Assembly: GCA_015065285.1 (NCBI GenBank)
Contig: SVQP01000002.1
Span: 40,209-104,208 of the forward strand
Length of the DNA: 64,000 nt
Direction of reading: 5' to 3'
DNA from: Oscillospiraceae bacterium
GTDB taxonomy: Bacteria; Bacillota; Clostridia; Oscillospirales; CAG-272
How positions within the stretch are numbered: position 1 is the first letter of the stretch; each line of letters starts with the position of its first letter. Made by a program: the position numbers and the translations under genes. The notes under the pieces were generated by a model. It was not told where the DNA came from. It did not search any database and saw nothing but the letters and a program-made list of their open reading frames with translations. Below are positions 54,460 to 63,513 of the stretch, piece after piece.

Positions 54460-55863
54460 ATGCAAAATAAACCGAGAAAGCATATGGGCATTGGACTGAT
54501 TGCTGTGTCCATGCTGTTTTTGTGGAATCCGGACGCACTGGCGGTATTTGATCTGCTGCCGGACGTGATCGGCTATATTCTGCTGTCGCTTGGAATGTCC
54601 TCTCTGTCCTATCTCAATCATCACTTCGATCAAAGCGCCAAGTATTTCAACCGCATGATCGCGCTGAGCGCGGCAAGGCTGGTGTTTGTGCTGGTATTGT
54701 TCGGATTGGTCAGCCATTTTGAGCGTCCCACCACCATTCTGCTTGGCAATTTTGTGTTCGGTGTACTGGAGCTCATGGCTCTGCTGCCCGGATATAAGCA
54801 TATGTTCGAGGGCTTTTTGTATGCAGGCTCGCGCAGCGGAAACGGCAAGAGCGTATATCTGATGCGCGTCATCTCGCCCCTGACAAGAATCTTTGTTATT
54901 ACCAAGGTGGTGCTTAGCGTTCTGCCCGAATTGACTGTGCTTGCCGAAACCGAGGGCGGCTATGCAAGCATTTATGATTTCGTCAATCTGTTCAGAGCGG
55001 CATCCATGCTGCTGGGCGGTGTGATCGGTCTTGTCTGGCTTGTGTTGGTGCTTGTATACTTCATCGGAATTCTGAAGGACAAGCCCTACGTGCAGGCATT
55101 GCATGACCACTATATGCGCGAGATCTATCCCAATACCGATCTGTTTGTGGCAAAGAGATATAAGCTGGGCTCGTTTTTCCTGCTGCTTGGCGTGCTGTTG
55201 ACCTTGGATCTTCCTATGGAAAACGTCAACGTGCTGCCCGACGTGCTCAGTGCCATTTGCCTGATCGCAGGCATCCTTGTGCTGCGGCATTACGTAACCT
55301 CTTATAAACCCTGCGTGCTGGTGCTGTGCGCCTATGGCGCGGTTTCGGTGCTGGATACCTTTTGGCAGTACCGCTATTTCAACGTAGAAAAATTTACTGC
55401 TCAGGCTGCCTTGCGAGGCGGTGAGGCAACCGGTGCTTACGTGGTTTCCATTGTCATCAGCGTGGTTTGCGCCATCGTGTTTGTTATGGCAATGGTCGGC
55501 GTGCTTTCCTGTCTGAAGAGCATGATTCGCTCGCATACGGGATACACGGTCAGCCACGTGGATATGCAAAGCTACGGCAAGCTGAATGCGCTGCACAAGC
55601 AGCTGATCCGCGGCTTGACTCCCGTGCTTGTTATGACGGTGGTGTGCGCACTGGGCAGCATTGTCTATACCCTGACGCTGCCGCTTGCCGGAAAGGGCGG
55701 GGAATGGTACACCATTTTCGCGTCAGTCGTGTGGCTGATCAATCTGGTGCTTGGCACCGTGCTTGTTATTTTGTTTGTTGAAAAGAACGGCGATATCATG
55801 GAACAGATCAACAACCGTTATCTGCTCACCACCCCCGCAGCACCAAAAGAGGATGCTGAATAA
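54460..55863 (+). CDS. uncharacterised polytopic membrane protein (467 aa) with internal duplication
   Basis: Strong SD gaggagag. The LLPDVIGYILLSLG / VLPDVLSAICLIAG motif begins each half. 10 or more hydrophobic helices. Confidence 0.7.
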   Translation: MQNKPRKHMGIGLIAVSMLFLWNPDALAVFDLLPDVIGYILLSLGMSSLSYLNHHFDQSAKYFNRMIALSAARLVFVLVLFGLVSHFERPTTILLGNFVFGVLELMALLPGYKHMFEGFLYAGSRSGNGKSVYLMRVISPLTRIFVITKVVLSVLPELTVLAETEGGYASIYDFVNLFRAASMLLGGVIGLVWLVLVLVYFIGILKDKPYVQALHDHYMREIYPNTDLFVAKRYKLGSFFLLLGVLLTLDLPMENVNVLPDVLSAICLIAGILVLRHYVTSYKPCVLVLCAYGAVSVLDTFWQYRYFNVEKFTAQAALRGGEATGAYVVSIVISVVCAIVFVMAMVGVLSCLKSMIRSHTGYTVSHVDMQSYGKLNALHKQLIRGLTPVLVMTVVCALGSIVYTLTLPLAGKGGEWYTIFASVVWLINLVLGTVLVILFVEKNGDIMEQINNRYLLTTPAAPKEDAE

Positions 55864-55937
55864 AATCTTTCCAATCGGTGCATACTGTACCTGACCCTTT
55901 CAAAAAGGGAAAAGATACAAACAGAGGAGATTTCAGT

Positions 55938-56048
55938 ATGCAGAAGGAACAGAACAAGAACCAGAGTCAGAACCAAAGTCAGAACCAGAGTCAGAACCAG
56001 AACAACAATCAGAACAAGAATCAGAGTCAGAATCAGAAGAGCAATTGA
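55938..56048 (+). CDS. 36-aa Gln/Asn/Ser-repeat micro-ORF (not in ORF track)
   Basis: gaggag SD 8 nt upstream. Encodes MQKEQNKNQSQNQSQNQSQNQNNNQNKNQSQNQKSN*. Built from cagagtcagaac-type repeats. Confidence 0.4.
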   Translation: MQKEQNKNQSQNQSQNQSQNQNNNQNKNQSQNQKSN

Positions 56049-56099
56049 GATTGCAGAATGAAAAGCCGCACGGTGTGCGGCTACATAAGAAAGGACATC

Positions 56100-58535
56100 A
56101 TGCAGGACATTTACGATAGATATCAACGTGCCAAAAGGGCACTGTTCGATAAGTATTACCAAAGCCTGAACCCCATGCAGCGTAAGGCGATCTACAGCGT
56201 CAACGGACCGCTTTTGATCCTGGCAGGCGCAGGAAGCGGAAAGACCACCGTGCTTGTCAAAAGAATTGCGCATATCATCCGCTACGGTGATGCATACCAT
56301 ACCGACCGTGTACCGGGCGGTGTGGACAGCGCTTACGTAGAAAGCCTGGAGCGCGCGATCTCGCTGCCCGCAGAGCAGATCGGGGATATTCTCTCTGAGC
56401 TTGCCGAGCAGCCCTGCCCACCCTACCGCATCCTGACCTTCACCTTTACCAACAAGGCAGCCAACGAAATGAAGGAAAGACTTGCCCGCACCTTTGACGA
56501 CCCCGACGTTGCCAAGGATATCTGGGCAGGCACCTTCCACTCAATCTGCCTGCGCATTCTGCGCATTTTCGGTGAGAGATTGGGATATGCCAAGGAATTC
56601 ACCATCTATGACGCGGACGATACCAAAAAAGCAATCGGCTCTGCCATGAAGGCATGTAACGTGGATGAAAAGCAGTTTCCCATCAAGAGCGTCATCGCTG
56701 CCATCAGCGCTGCCAAGGAAAAGCTGCAAACGCCCGAAATGTATGCCACGGTCGCAGGTGGGGATTTCAGACAGTCGCGCATTGCCAAGATCTATCAGAA
56801 ATATCAGGATCAGCTGCGCGCCTCCAACGCCATGGACTTTGACGATATTATCATGAATACCGTTACGCTGCTGCGTGAGCATGAGGACGTGCGTCTTTCC
56901 TATCAGCGCAGATTTTTGTACGTTTGCGTGGACGAGTATCAGGATACCAATACAGCGCAGTTTGCACTGTGCGCACTCTTGTCGGGCGGCTACCGCAATA
57001 TCATGGTGGTAGGCGACGATGACCAGAGTATTTACCGCTTCCGCGGTGCAACCATTGAGAATATTCTCAATTTTGACCGCGTGTATGCCGATGCCAACGT
57101 CATCAGACTTGAGCAGAATTATCGTTCTACCCAAACCATTCTGGATGCTGCCAACGAGGTCATCTCGCACAATACGGGCAGAAAAGGCAAAACGCTTTGG
57201 ACAGCAGGGGATAAGGGCGATAAGATTTACTTAAAACAGCTTGAAACACAGGACTATGAGGCAAGAGAGATCATTTCGGTGGTCAACCGCGGCGTTGCCT
57301 CGGGCGAATATCACTACCGTGATTTTGCCGTGCTGTACCGTACCAACGCGCAGGCAAGCAGCATTGAGCGTGCCTTTGCCAAAAGCGCGCTGCCTTACCG
57401 CATTTTGGGCGGCGTCCGCTTCTCGGACCGCAAGGAAATCCGCGATATCGTGGCATACCTGCAGCTGCTGGTCAACCACAACGACCGTGAGCGACTTTTG
57501 CGCGTGATCAACGAGCCTCGGCGCAAGATCGGAGATCGCACCCTTGAGGCAGTGGAAATGATTGCCGAGGAGCAGGGCTGCTCCATGTTCGACGTCATGC
57601 AGCAAGCCAACCGCTATGCGGCGCTTTCCCGCTCGGCGGTTGCACTGATGAACTTTACTGCTGTGATCAATGAGCTCAGTGCCTTGGTCGGGCACATGCC
57701 GCTTGGCGAGCTGTTTGATCAGGTGGCGGATCGCACCGGCTACCGTCAGATGCTGATCGACGGCGGTGAGCAGGAAAAGGATCGCCTTGATAACCTCAAT
57801 GAATTCAAATCCGCCATGGTGGAATACGAATCCCGTACCGAAGAGGACATCGAACCCACCCTGACAGGCTTCTTGGAAGAAAACGCACTGGTTGCGGACG
57901 TGGACAGATACGATGAGAGTGCCGATGCGGTGGTCATGATGACCATCCATAGCGCAAAGGGACTTGAGTTTCCCATCGTGTTCCTGCCCGGCATGGAGGA
58001 CGGATTGTTCCCGGGCATGCAGACCATCACCGCGGGAAATGACGAAATGGAAGAGGAGAGAAGACTTGCTTACGTTGCCCTGACGCGCGCAAAGCAAAAG
58101 ATCTATATCTACCACACCAAATCGCGCCTGCTTTACGGTCGCACCACCTATAATCCGCTCTCGCGCTTTGTATCCGAGATCCCCTCGGCACTGATTGAAA
58201 AGTTCGAGGAATTCCCAAGATCGCGCAATCCCTACAGTCAGCAGCCCACCTTCAAGACCTATTATTCCGAATCGCAGAACAAAGCGCCCGCAACCGCGCG
58301 GCAAACCAACAATGCAGCAACCCCATATCCCGTGCGCAAAGCGCAGCCCACACCCGCGCAGGGTGGTAAGCGCGAGGTATTTGCACCGGGAGATCGCGTC
58401 TGCCACATGACGTTTGGCGAGGGCGAGATCTTGTCTGTCAAGAACATGGGCGCAGATATTCTGTATGAGGTCATGTTTGATAAGGTTGGCACCAAAAAGC
58501 TGATGGCAACCTACGCAAAGCTCAAAAAAATCTGA
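56100..58535 (+). CDS. pcrA: ATP-dependent DNA helicase PcrA (UvrD family)
   Basis: ATG 56100 (MQDIYDRYQ...LNPMQRKAI). AGAGSGKTT Walker A and the DEYQDTN motif. Confidence 0.9.
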   Translation: MQDIYDRYQRAKRALFDKYYQSLNPMQRKAIYSVNGPLLILAGAGSGKTTVLVKRIAHIIRYGDAYHTDRVPGGVDSAYVESLERAISLPAEQIGDILSELAEQPCPPYRILTFTFTNKAANEMKERLARTFDDPDVAKDIWAGTFHSICLRILRIFGERLGYAKEFTIYDADDTKKAIGSAMKACNVDEKQFPIKSVIAAISAAKEKLQTPEMYATVAGGDFRQSRIAKIYQKYQDQLRASNAMDFDDIIMNTVTLLREHEDVRLSYQRRFLYVCVDEYQDTNTAQFALCALLSGGYRNIMVVGDDDQSIYRFRGATIENILNFDRVYADANVIRLEQNYRSTQTILDAANEVISHNTGRKGKTLWTAGDKGDKIYLKQLETQDYEAREIISVVNRGVASGEYHYRDFAVLYRTNAQASSIERAFAKSALPYRILGGVRFSDRKEIRDIVAYLQLLVNHNDRERLLRVINEPRRKIGDRTLEAVEMIAEEQGCSMFDVMQQANRYAALSRSAVALMNFTAVINELSALVGHMPLGELFDQVADRTGYRQMLIDGGEQEKDRLDNLNEFKSAMVEYESRTEEDIEPTLTGFLEENALVADVDRYDESADAVVMMTIHSAKGLEFPIVFLPGMEDGLFPGMQTITAGNDEMEEERRLAYVALTRAKQKIYIYHTKSRLLYGRTTYNPLSRFVSEIPSALIEKFEEFPRSRNPYSQQPTFKTYYSESQNKAPATARQTNNAATPYPVRKAQPTPAQGGKREVFAPGDRVCHMTFGEGEILSVKNMGADILYEVMFDKVGTKKLMATYAKLKKI

Positions 58536-58559
58536 AATCAATCATCATCGGAGGCATAT

Positions 58560-59141
58560 ATGTTAATTTCCATCACAGGCAAGCTCGGCAGCGGCAAGTC
58601 CACCGTCTGCAATCTGCTCAAGGACCGCTATGGCTTTGAGATTTACAGCACAGGCGCATTCCAAAGAGAAGTGGCAAGAAGCATGGGCATCACCACGCTG
58701 GAGCTGAACAAGAGACTGCGCGAGGATCCCTCGCTGGACTACGTCATTGACGATAAGGTCAAGCAGCTGTCGATTGAAAAGGCAGAGGAAAAACTGATCT
58801 TCGATTCGCGCATGGCATGGCATTTTGCAGTCAAATCCTTCAAGATCTTTTTGACCATCGACCCCTGCGAGGCAGCAAGACGCGTGATGAAGAATCAGCG
58901 TGGCTGTGAGGAATTTTATGCCGATGAGAAAGAGGCTTGCGATAAGCTGATCGAGCGCAGCCAGGTCGAGCAGGCAAGATTTATGCAGATCTACGGCGTG
59001 GACTACTACGATTTCAACAACTACGACCTGATCGTCAACACCACCAGCCGCACCCCCGATGAGATCATTGAGATCATTATGAATGCCTACGAAAGCTATG
59101 TAAACGATGAGGCTTCCTACTCCCGCAAAATTTTTAATTAA
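58560..59141 (+). CDS. cytidylate kinase-like P-loop protein
   Basis: 193 aa. ITGKLGSGKSTV P-loop. Resembles the cytidylate kinase-like family of Clostridia. Confidence 0.7.
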   Translation: MLISITGKLGSGKSTVCNLLKDRYGFEIYSTGAFQREVARSMGITTLELNKRLREDPSLDYVIDDKVKQLSIEKAEEKLIFDSRMAWHFAVKSFKIFLTIDPCEAARRVMKNQRGCEEFYADEKEACDKLIERSQVEQARFMQIYGVDYYDFNNYDLIVNTTSRTPDEIIEIIMNAYESYVNDEASYSRKIFN

Positions 59142-59224
59142 TTTTTCAAAGTAGGCGAATTTTTTATAAAAATCGGTTGTTATATCGGGTAAAAGACCTT
59201 GCGCTATGAAGGAGAATGACGAAT

Positions 59225-59794
59225 ATGGATGAGAGAACCGAGCTGACACTTGATTTTGTGATCGAACAGATGAAAAAAGATCTCAAAAGACTGTTTTTGG
59301 GATTGCTTGGCCCTTATTTGGCAATATGTATCCTTGGGTTGATTCCGTCTGTCTTATTTGCCTTGATTTCGGGGGACGTACTGTTTTCCTTTCTTGGCAA
59401 CCCTATCTATCTGTGCATGCTGCCGTTTGCAATCGTGCATGCGTGTCAGCTTGTGAGCAAGCTGATCATGATCAAAAAAGCTGACTTTTCAATCTCCACG
59501 CAAGAGCTTAGCCGAATCGAGGAAAAATTCAGCCTTTGGTACTATCTGTTTTCGGTGGAGCGCTTTGTGTATCCTGCGTTTCTTTTTTTCTTGACACTTA
59601 TGCAGCCCAGAATGGACTTTGAACGGCACGATCATGTGTTTGTGGATAAAAAGCTCGCAGCGTACTCCAAGGTAGGGGACAAAATGCACCTGATTTTATA
59701 TAAAGGGAAGGTGGTCGCAGTCTATAACGCACATCTTTACCGCCGCATGGATGAGGCGCAGAGCCAAGCATCGGCGAGCGATCACCGTGAGTAA
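59225..59794 (+). CDS. hypothetical membrane protein
   Basis: ATG 59225 lies 10 nt after aaggag. Two or three TM helices. AT-richer than its surroundings. I recognise no family. Confidence 0.6.
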   Translation: MDERTELTLDFVIEQMKKDLKRLFLGLLGPYLAICILGLIPSVLFALISGDVLFSFLGNPIYLCMLPFAIVHACQLVSKLIMIKKADFSISTQELSRIEEKFSLWYYLFSVERFVYPAFLFFLTLMQPRMDFERHDHVFVDKKLAAYSKVGDKMHLILYKGKVVAVYNAHLYRRMDEAQSQASASDHRE

Positions 59795-59840
59795 AGCGTA
59801 TCAAAACACCGACGGACAACCGAATATGATTGTTTACGTA

Positions 59841-59880
59841 AAAAACCGTGTGTCCAAGGACACACGGTTTTCTTTTATTT
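59841..59880. terminator. bidirectional intrinsic terminator
   Basis: aaaaaccgtgtgtcc-aa-ggacacacggttttctttt between convergent genes. Confidence 0.85.
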
Positions 59881-60813
59881 TGCAGGCTTTTTCTCGCCAA
59901 GCTTTGCCCAGAATTTAAAGGTAAAGGTCCAGCCGGTCGCTGCCAGAACCACCAAGAAATAGCGCACGGCACGCGCGGCTAAGTGACCGTTGAAAATAGC
60001 ATCCAGAATCGGCTTTGTACCTTCCTTGACCAACATGACGATGCCAAGTCCAATGGCAAGCTTGAGAATTTGCGCCCACCAGACCGCCTTGGTGTCATAA
60101 TGCGTGACCTTATCATCCACAATGCGGAACACCAGCACGCCAAGCACGCAGCCAAGCATGGTGTAGGCATTTTTGAGCGCGGACTCGTAGTTGCCGATAT
60201 TTTCCTCAAAGAAAACGTCCTCGGGGAAGGGATATGCGTAAAGGAAGATCAAGAATCCAACGATCATGCAGAACATGGCACCGATCACGATATAGATCAC
60301 GTAGGGGTGCTTTTCATTCAGCCGCAGCAAAAAGTCAAACAGCACGATCAGCACAAGCGCGACCGCCATGGAAACCAGCACGTCCTGCGGTGTGTGCACG
60401 CCAAGATACATGCGCGAGAAGGGGACCAATATCACGCCTGCGATGCAAAGGATCTTGACCCAAAGCTGCTTTGAGGTAGTTCCCAGAGCGCCAAGCATCC
60501 CCACGCTGTTTTGCGTGTGACCGCTGGGGAAGGAATAACCGCTCGCACCCTCGCGCGCGGATTCGACTATGGTAAAATTCGGATCCTTGACCCACGGACG
60601 GGGCACACGGAACACCATTTTGAGAAACTGATTGATCACAATGCCCGAAAAGCTGACCAGCAGCACAAGATAGCCGTCGCGCTTGTTGCAGCACCAGATC
60701 AAAAACAGACCAAGAGCCAAGAAAAAGGTCTCCTCACCCACAAACGTGATCGCCTGAACCACAAAATCCAGTACGGGATTGCGGATGGATTCCAGAAAAT
60801 ACAAAATTTCCAT
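59875..60813 (-). CDS. PAP2 family phosphatase with C-terminal membrane extension
   Basis: ATG 60813 (MEILYFLESIRNP...). PAP2 motifs KxxxxxxRP (KMVFRVPRP), PSGH and SRxxxxxH (SRMYLGVH). Confidence 0.8.
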   Translation of the reverse strand: MEILYFLESIRNPVLDFVVQAITFVGEETFFLALGLFLIWCCNKRDGYLVLLVSFSGIVINQFLKMVFRVPRPWVKDPNFTIVESAREGASGYSFPSGHTQNSVGMLGALGTTSKQLWVKILCIAGVILVPFSRMYLGVHTPQDVLVSMAVALVLIVLFDFLLRLNEKHPYVIYIVIGAMFCMIVGFLIFLYAYPFPEDVFFEENIGNYESALKNAYTMLGCVLGVLVFRIVDDKVTHYDTKAVWWAQILKLAIGLGIVMLVKEGTKPILDAIFNGHLAARAVRYFLVVLAATGWTFTFKFWAKLGEKKPAK

Positions 60814-60841
60814 ATCAAAGCACCTTTCAAGTATTGGGTTT

Positions 60842-60870
60842 ATTATAGCATAAGGTACTTGTGCTGTCAA
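60842..60870 (-). promoter_or_regulatory. sigma-A type promoter of PAP2 gene
   Basis: The minus strand reads TTGACA-17 nt-TATAAT. Confidence 0.65.
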
Positions 60871-60902
60871 GCAAAAATCAAAGGCAAGAGGGCATAAAAC
60901 TC

Positions 60903-60931
60903 TTGACATTGGCTTACGTAAAAGTTATAAT
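60903..60931 (+). promoter_or_regulatory. sigma-A type promoter of the TIM-barrel/PHP operon
   Basis: TTGACA-17 nt-TATAAT, 31 nt before ATG 60962. Confidence 0.65.
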
Positions 60932-60961
60932 AAGTATATATACTTTATGGAGGTACATACC

Positions 60962-61816
60962 ATGAGAAAATTCCCGATCGGCGTCATCGTCGAATCCTTC
61001 AGAACCGATACAGCCACCGCTATCAAGACCGCGGCAGAGATGGGCGTTCAGGGTCTGCAGATGTACTGCACCTACGGTGAGCACGCACCCGAAAATATGA
61101 GCAAGCAGCAAAGACGCGAGCTCTTGGATATGGTCAAGTCCTACGGTCTTTGCTTCTCCGCAATCTGCGGTGACCTTGGCATGGGCTTTGGCAATCCCGA
61201 AAAGAACCCTGAGTGCATTGAAAAGTCCAAGAGAATCCTGGAGCTTGCCAAGGAGCTGGAGACCGATATTGTGACCACGCACATCGGTGTTGTTCCCGAG
61301 GATCCCAACCATCCCAGATATGCCATCATGCAGGCAGCTTGCTCTGAGCTTGCAGCATTTGCTGATAGCATGGGCTCTCATTTCGCCATTGAGACCGGTC
61401 CCGAGACCAGTGCAGTGCTCAAGAGATTCCTGGATTCTCTGGGCTCTCGCGGCGTAGCCGTTAACCTTGACCCTGCAAACCTTGTCATGGTATCTGCAGA
61501 CGATCCCGTCGAGGCTGTGCACAACCTCAAGGATTATATCGTACATACCCACGCCAAGGACGGCATCATGCTGCACCGCGGCAACCCCGAGTACATTTAC
61601 GGTGTCGTACATCCCGTTCCTCAGGAATTTGCAGGCATCCAGTATTTTGAAGAGGTACCTCTTGGCACGGGCGGTGTGCATTTCGAGACCTATCTGCAGG
61701 CATTGGATAACATTGGATACAAGGGCTTTTTGACCATTGAGCGCGAGTGCGGTGATAATCCCAGAGGCGATATTCAGACCGCAATCGATCACCTGACCGG
61801 TATCATGGGCAAATAA
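60962..61816 (+). CDS. sugar phosphate isomerase/epimerase (xylose isomerase-like TIM barrel)
   Basis: About 284 aa with the pattern ...THIGVVPED...FAIETGPE...HAKDG...TIERECG typical of the AP endonuclease 2/XI-like TIM barrel family. Confidence 0.75.
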   Translation: MRKFPIGVIVESFRTDTATAIKTAAEMGVQGLQMYCTYGEHAPENMSKQQRRELLDMVKSYGLCFSAICGDLGMGFGNPEKNPECIEKSKRILELAKELETDIVTTHIGVVPEDPNHPRYAIMQAACSELAAFADSMGSHFAIETGPETSAVLKRFLDSLGSRGVAVNLDPANLVMVSADDPVEAVHNLKDYIVHTHAKDGIMLHRGNPEYIYGVVHPVPQEFAGIQYFEEVPLGTGGVHFETYLQALDNIGYKGFLTIERECGDNPRGDIQTAIDHLTGIMGK

Positions 61817-61827
61817 GGAGAAGAGAC

Positions 61828-62679
61828 ATGAAAATTTCGGTCAGCTCCTATTCCTTTTATCAAGCCATTCGCGACGGTCGCCTGACGCTGGAGCAAACCA
61901 TTGATAAGGCGCACGAAATGGGCTTTGACGCCATTGAATTTTTGGATATGCCGGGGCAGACGCAGGCAGACAGACTTGCCTTTGCAAAGGCGCTCAAAGA
62001 AAGAGCCGATGCGCATGGCATGACCATCAACGCATACACCATCGGTGCAAATCTGTACCACGATACCGCTGCTGCCAATCAAGCAGAGGTGGACCGCCTT
62101 AAGGCGCAGGTGGACGTGGCGGTGGAGCTGGGCTGCTCGGTTATGCGCCATGACGTTTGCTATTCCACAAGCAAGCAGGGCAATGGCAGAAGCTTTGGGC
62201 TGATGCTGCCCACCATTGCGGACAATGCACGCAAGATCACCGAGTACGGTGCGCAGTGCGGCATTATCACCTGTACCGAAAACCACGGCTATATTGCGCA
62301 GGATTCCTATCGCGTTGAACAGCTGTTCAACGCAGTAGCGCACGATAACTACGGTCTGCTTGTCGACGTGGGCAACTTTGTCTGTGCCGATGAGGATAAC
62401 GTCACTGCCGTTTCTCGCGTCGCTCCTTATGCCGTGCACGTGCATGCCAAGGATATGTACAAATCCTGCGAGCCTAAGCCCGGTTACGGCAAAACCCGCG
62501 CCTGCAACTATTTTGCAGGGGCTGCTGTGGGTGAAGGGGACTGCAACGTAGGCAAGTGCATCGAGATTATCAAAAACACCGGTTACGACGGCTATTATTC
62601 TATCGAATTTGAGGGCGCAGAGGACTGCTATGCAGCCATTGCAAGAGGCTATGAAAACCTCAAGCGCTTCCTTTCTTAA
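61828..62679 (+). CDS. sugar phosphate isomerase/epimerase (xylose isomerase-like TIM barrel), paralog
   Basis: 283 aa with ...CTENHG...HVHAKD...YSIEFEG... motifs. An SD (aaggag) precedes it. Confidence 0.75.
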   Translation: MKISVSSYSFYQAIRDGRLTLEQTIDKAHEMGFDAIEFLDMPGQTQADRLAFAKALKERADAHGMTINAYTIGANLYHDTAAANQAEVDRLKAQVDVAVELGCSVMRHDVCYSTSKQGNGRSFGLMLPTIADNARKITEYGAQCGIITCTENHGYIAQDSYRVEQLFNAVAHDNYGLLVDVGNFVCADEDNVTAVSRVAPYAVHVHAKDMYKSCEPKPGYGKTRACNYFAGAAVGEGDCNVGKCIEIIKNTGYDGYYSIEFEGAEDCYAAIARGYENLKRFLS

Positions 62680-63477
62680 ATGATGAGCAAGTTTATCATT
62701 GACCACGATCTGCATCTGCATTCGCAGCTCTCGCTGTGCTCGAATGATCCCGAGCAAACCGCCAAGGCGCTGCTTGCTTACGGTGAGCGCGAGAACCTAT
62801 CGCATCTTTGCGTGACCGACCACTATTGGGACGAGAACGTGCCGGGTGCGAGCGGCTGGTATGCCGCGCAGGATTTTGCGCACGTAACGCAGATCTTGCC
62901 GCTGCCGCAATCTGAGCGCTGCCGACTGCATTTCGGCTGCGAGATCGATATGGATCAATTTCTGACGCTGGGCATCTCGGAAAAAATGCTCAATGCATTT
63001 GAGTTTGTCATCGTACCCACCAGCCATTTGCACATGACGGGCTTTACCATCACGCCCGAGGATACCTCGCCTGCGCGCAGGGCAGAGCTGTATATGCAGC
63101 GCAATCACGCACTGCTTGATATGGATCTGCCGTTTGAGCGCATTGGGCTTGCGCATTTTACCTGCAGCTTACTGGCTAAGGGCTGCACCGGCAGTCGCGA
63201 TGATATTCTGAATGCCATACCCGATGCGGATTTTGCCGAGCTGTTTGCGCGCATTGCAAAATCAGGTATGGGTTTGGAGCTCAATATGTCCTTGACCGAT
63301 CCGCAGAGTGCGGACACCATGCGCCCTTATCGCATTGCCAAGAGCCAAGGGTGCAAGTTTTATCTCGGCTCGGATGCGCACCATCCCAAAGCGCTGGATG
63401 CCGCGCGCGCCCGCTTTGAAGCCGTGATCGATGCACTTGAGCTTTCCGAGGACGACAAGTTCAATCCGTTCGTATAA
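62680..63477 (+). CDS. PHP-domain (histidinol-phosphatase-like) metal-dependent phosphoesterase
   Basis: The N-terminal DHDLHLHS and later TDHYW, GCEID and GSDAH motifs fit the PHP fold. Confidence 0.7.
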   Translation: MMSKFIIDHDLHLHSQLSLCSNDPEQTAKALLAYGERENLSHLCVTDHYWDENVPGASGWYAAQDFAHVTQILPLPQSERCRLHFGCEIDMDQFLTLGISEKMLNAFEFVIVPTSHLHMTGFTITPEDTSPARRAELYMQRNHALLDMDLPFERIGLAHFTCSLLAKGCTGSRDDILNAIPDADFAELFARIAKSGMGLELNMSLTDPQSADTMRPYRIAKSQGCKFYLGSDAHHPKALDAARARFEAVIDALELSEDDKFNPFV

Positions 63478-63478
63478 T

Positions 63479-63513
63479 CAAAAAGAACAGCCCATCGGGC
63501 TGTTCTTTTTTTA
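63479..63513. terminator. bidirectional intrinsic terminator
   Basis: aaaaagaacagccc-atcg-gggctgttcttttttt between convergent genes. Confidence 0.85.

Noticed and set aside
53941-55596. 551-aa H/Q-rich minus-strand ORF opposite the two membrane-protein genes
   Set aside because: An H/Q/G-rich composition is the expected mirror of L/V/A-rich membrane helices. It runs straight through the 21-nt intergenic gap and the strong SD of the plus-strand gene. The plus-strand ORFs have coherent TM periodicity.
55818-56540. 240-aa minus-strand ORF containing (LTLVLT)n
   Set aside because: The leucine/valine repeat is simply the reverse complement of the Q/N/S repeat. The ORF lies antisense to the pcrA 5' end and has no SD. 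The plus-strand micro-ORF has one.
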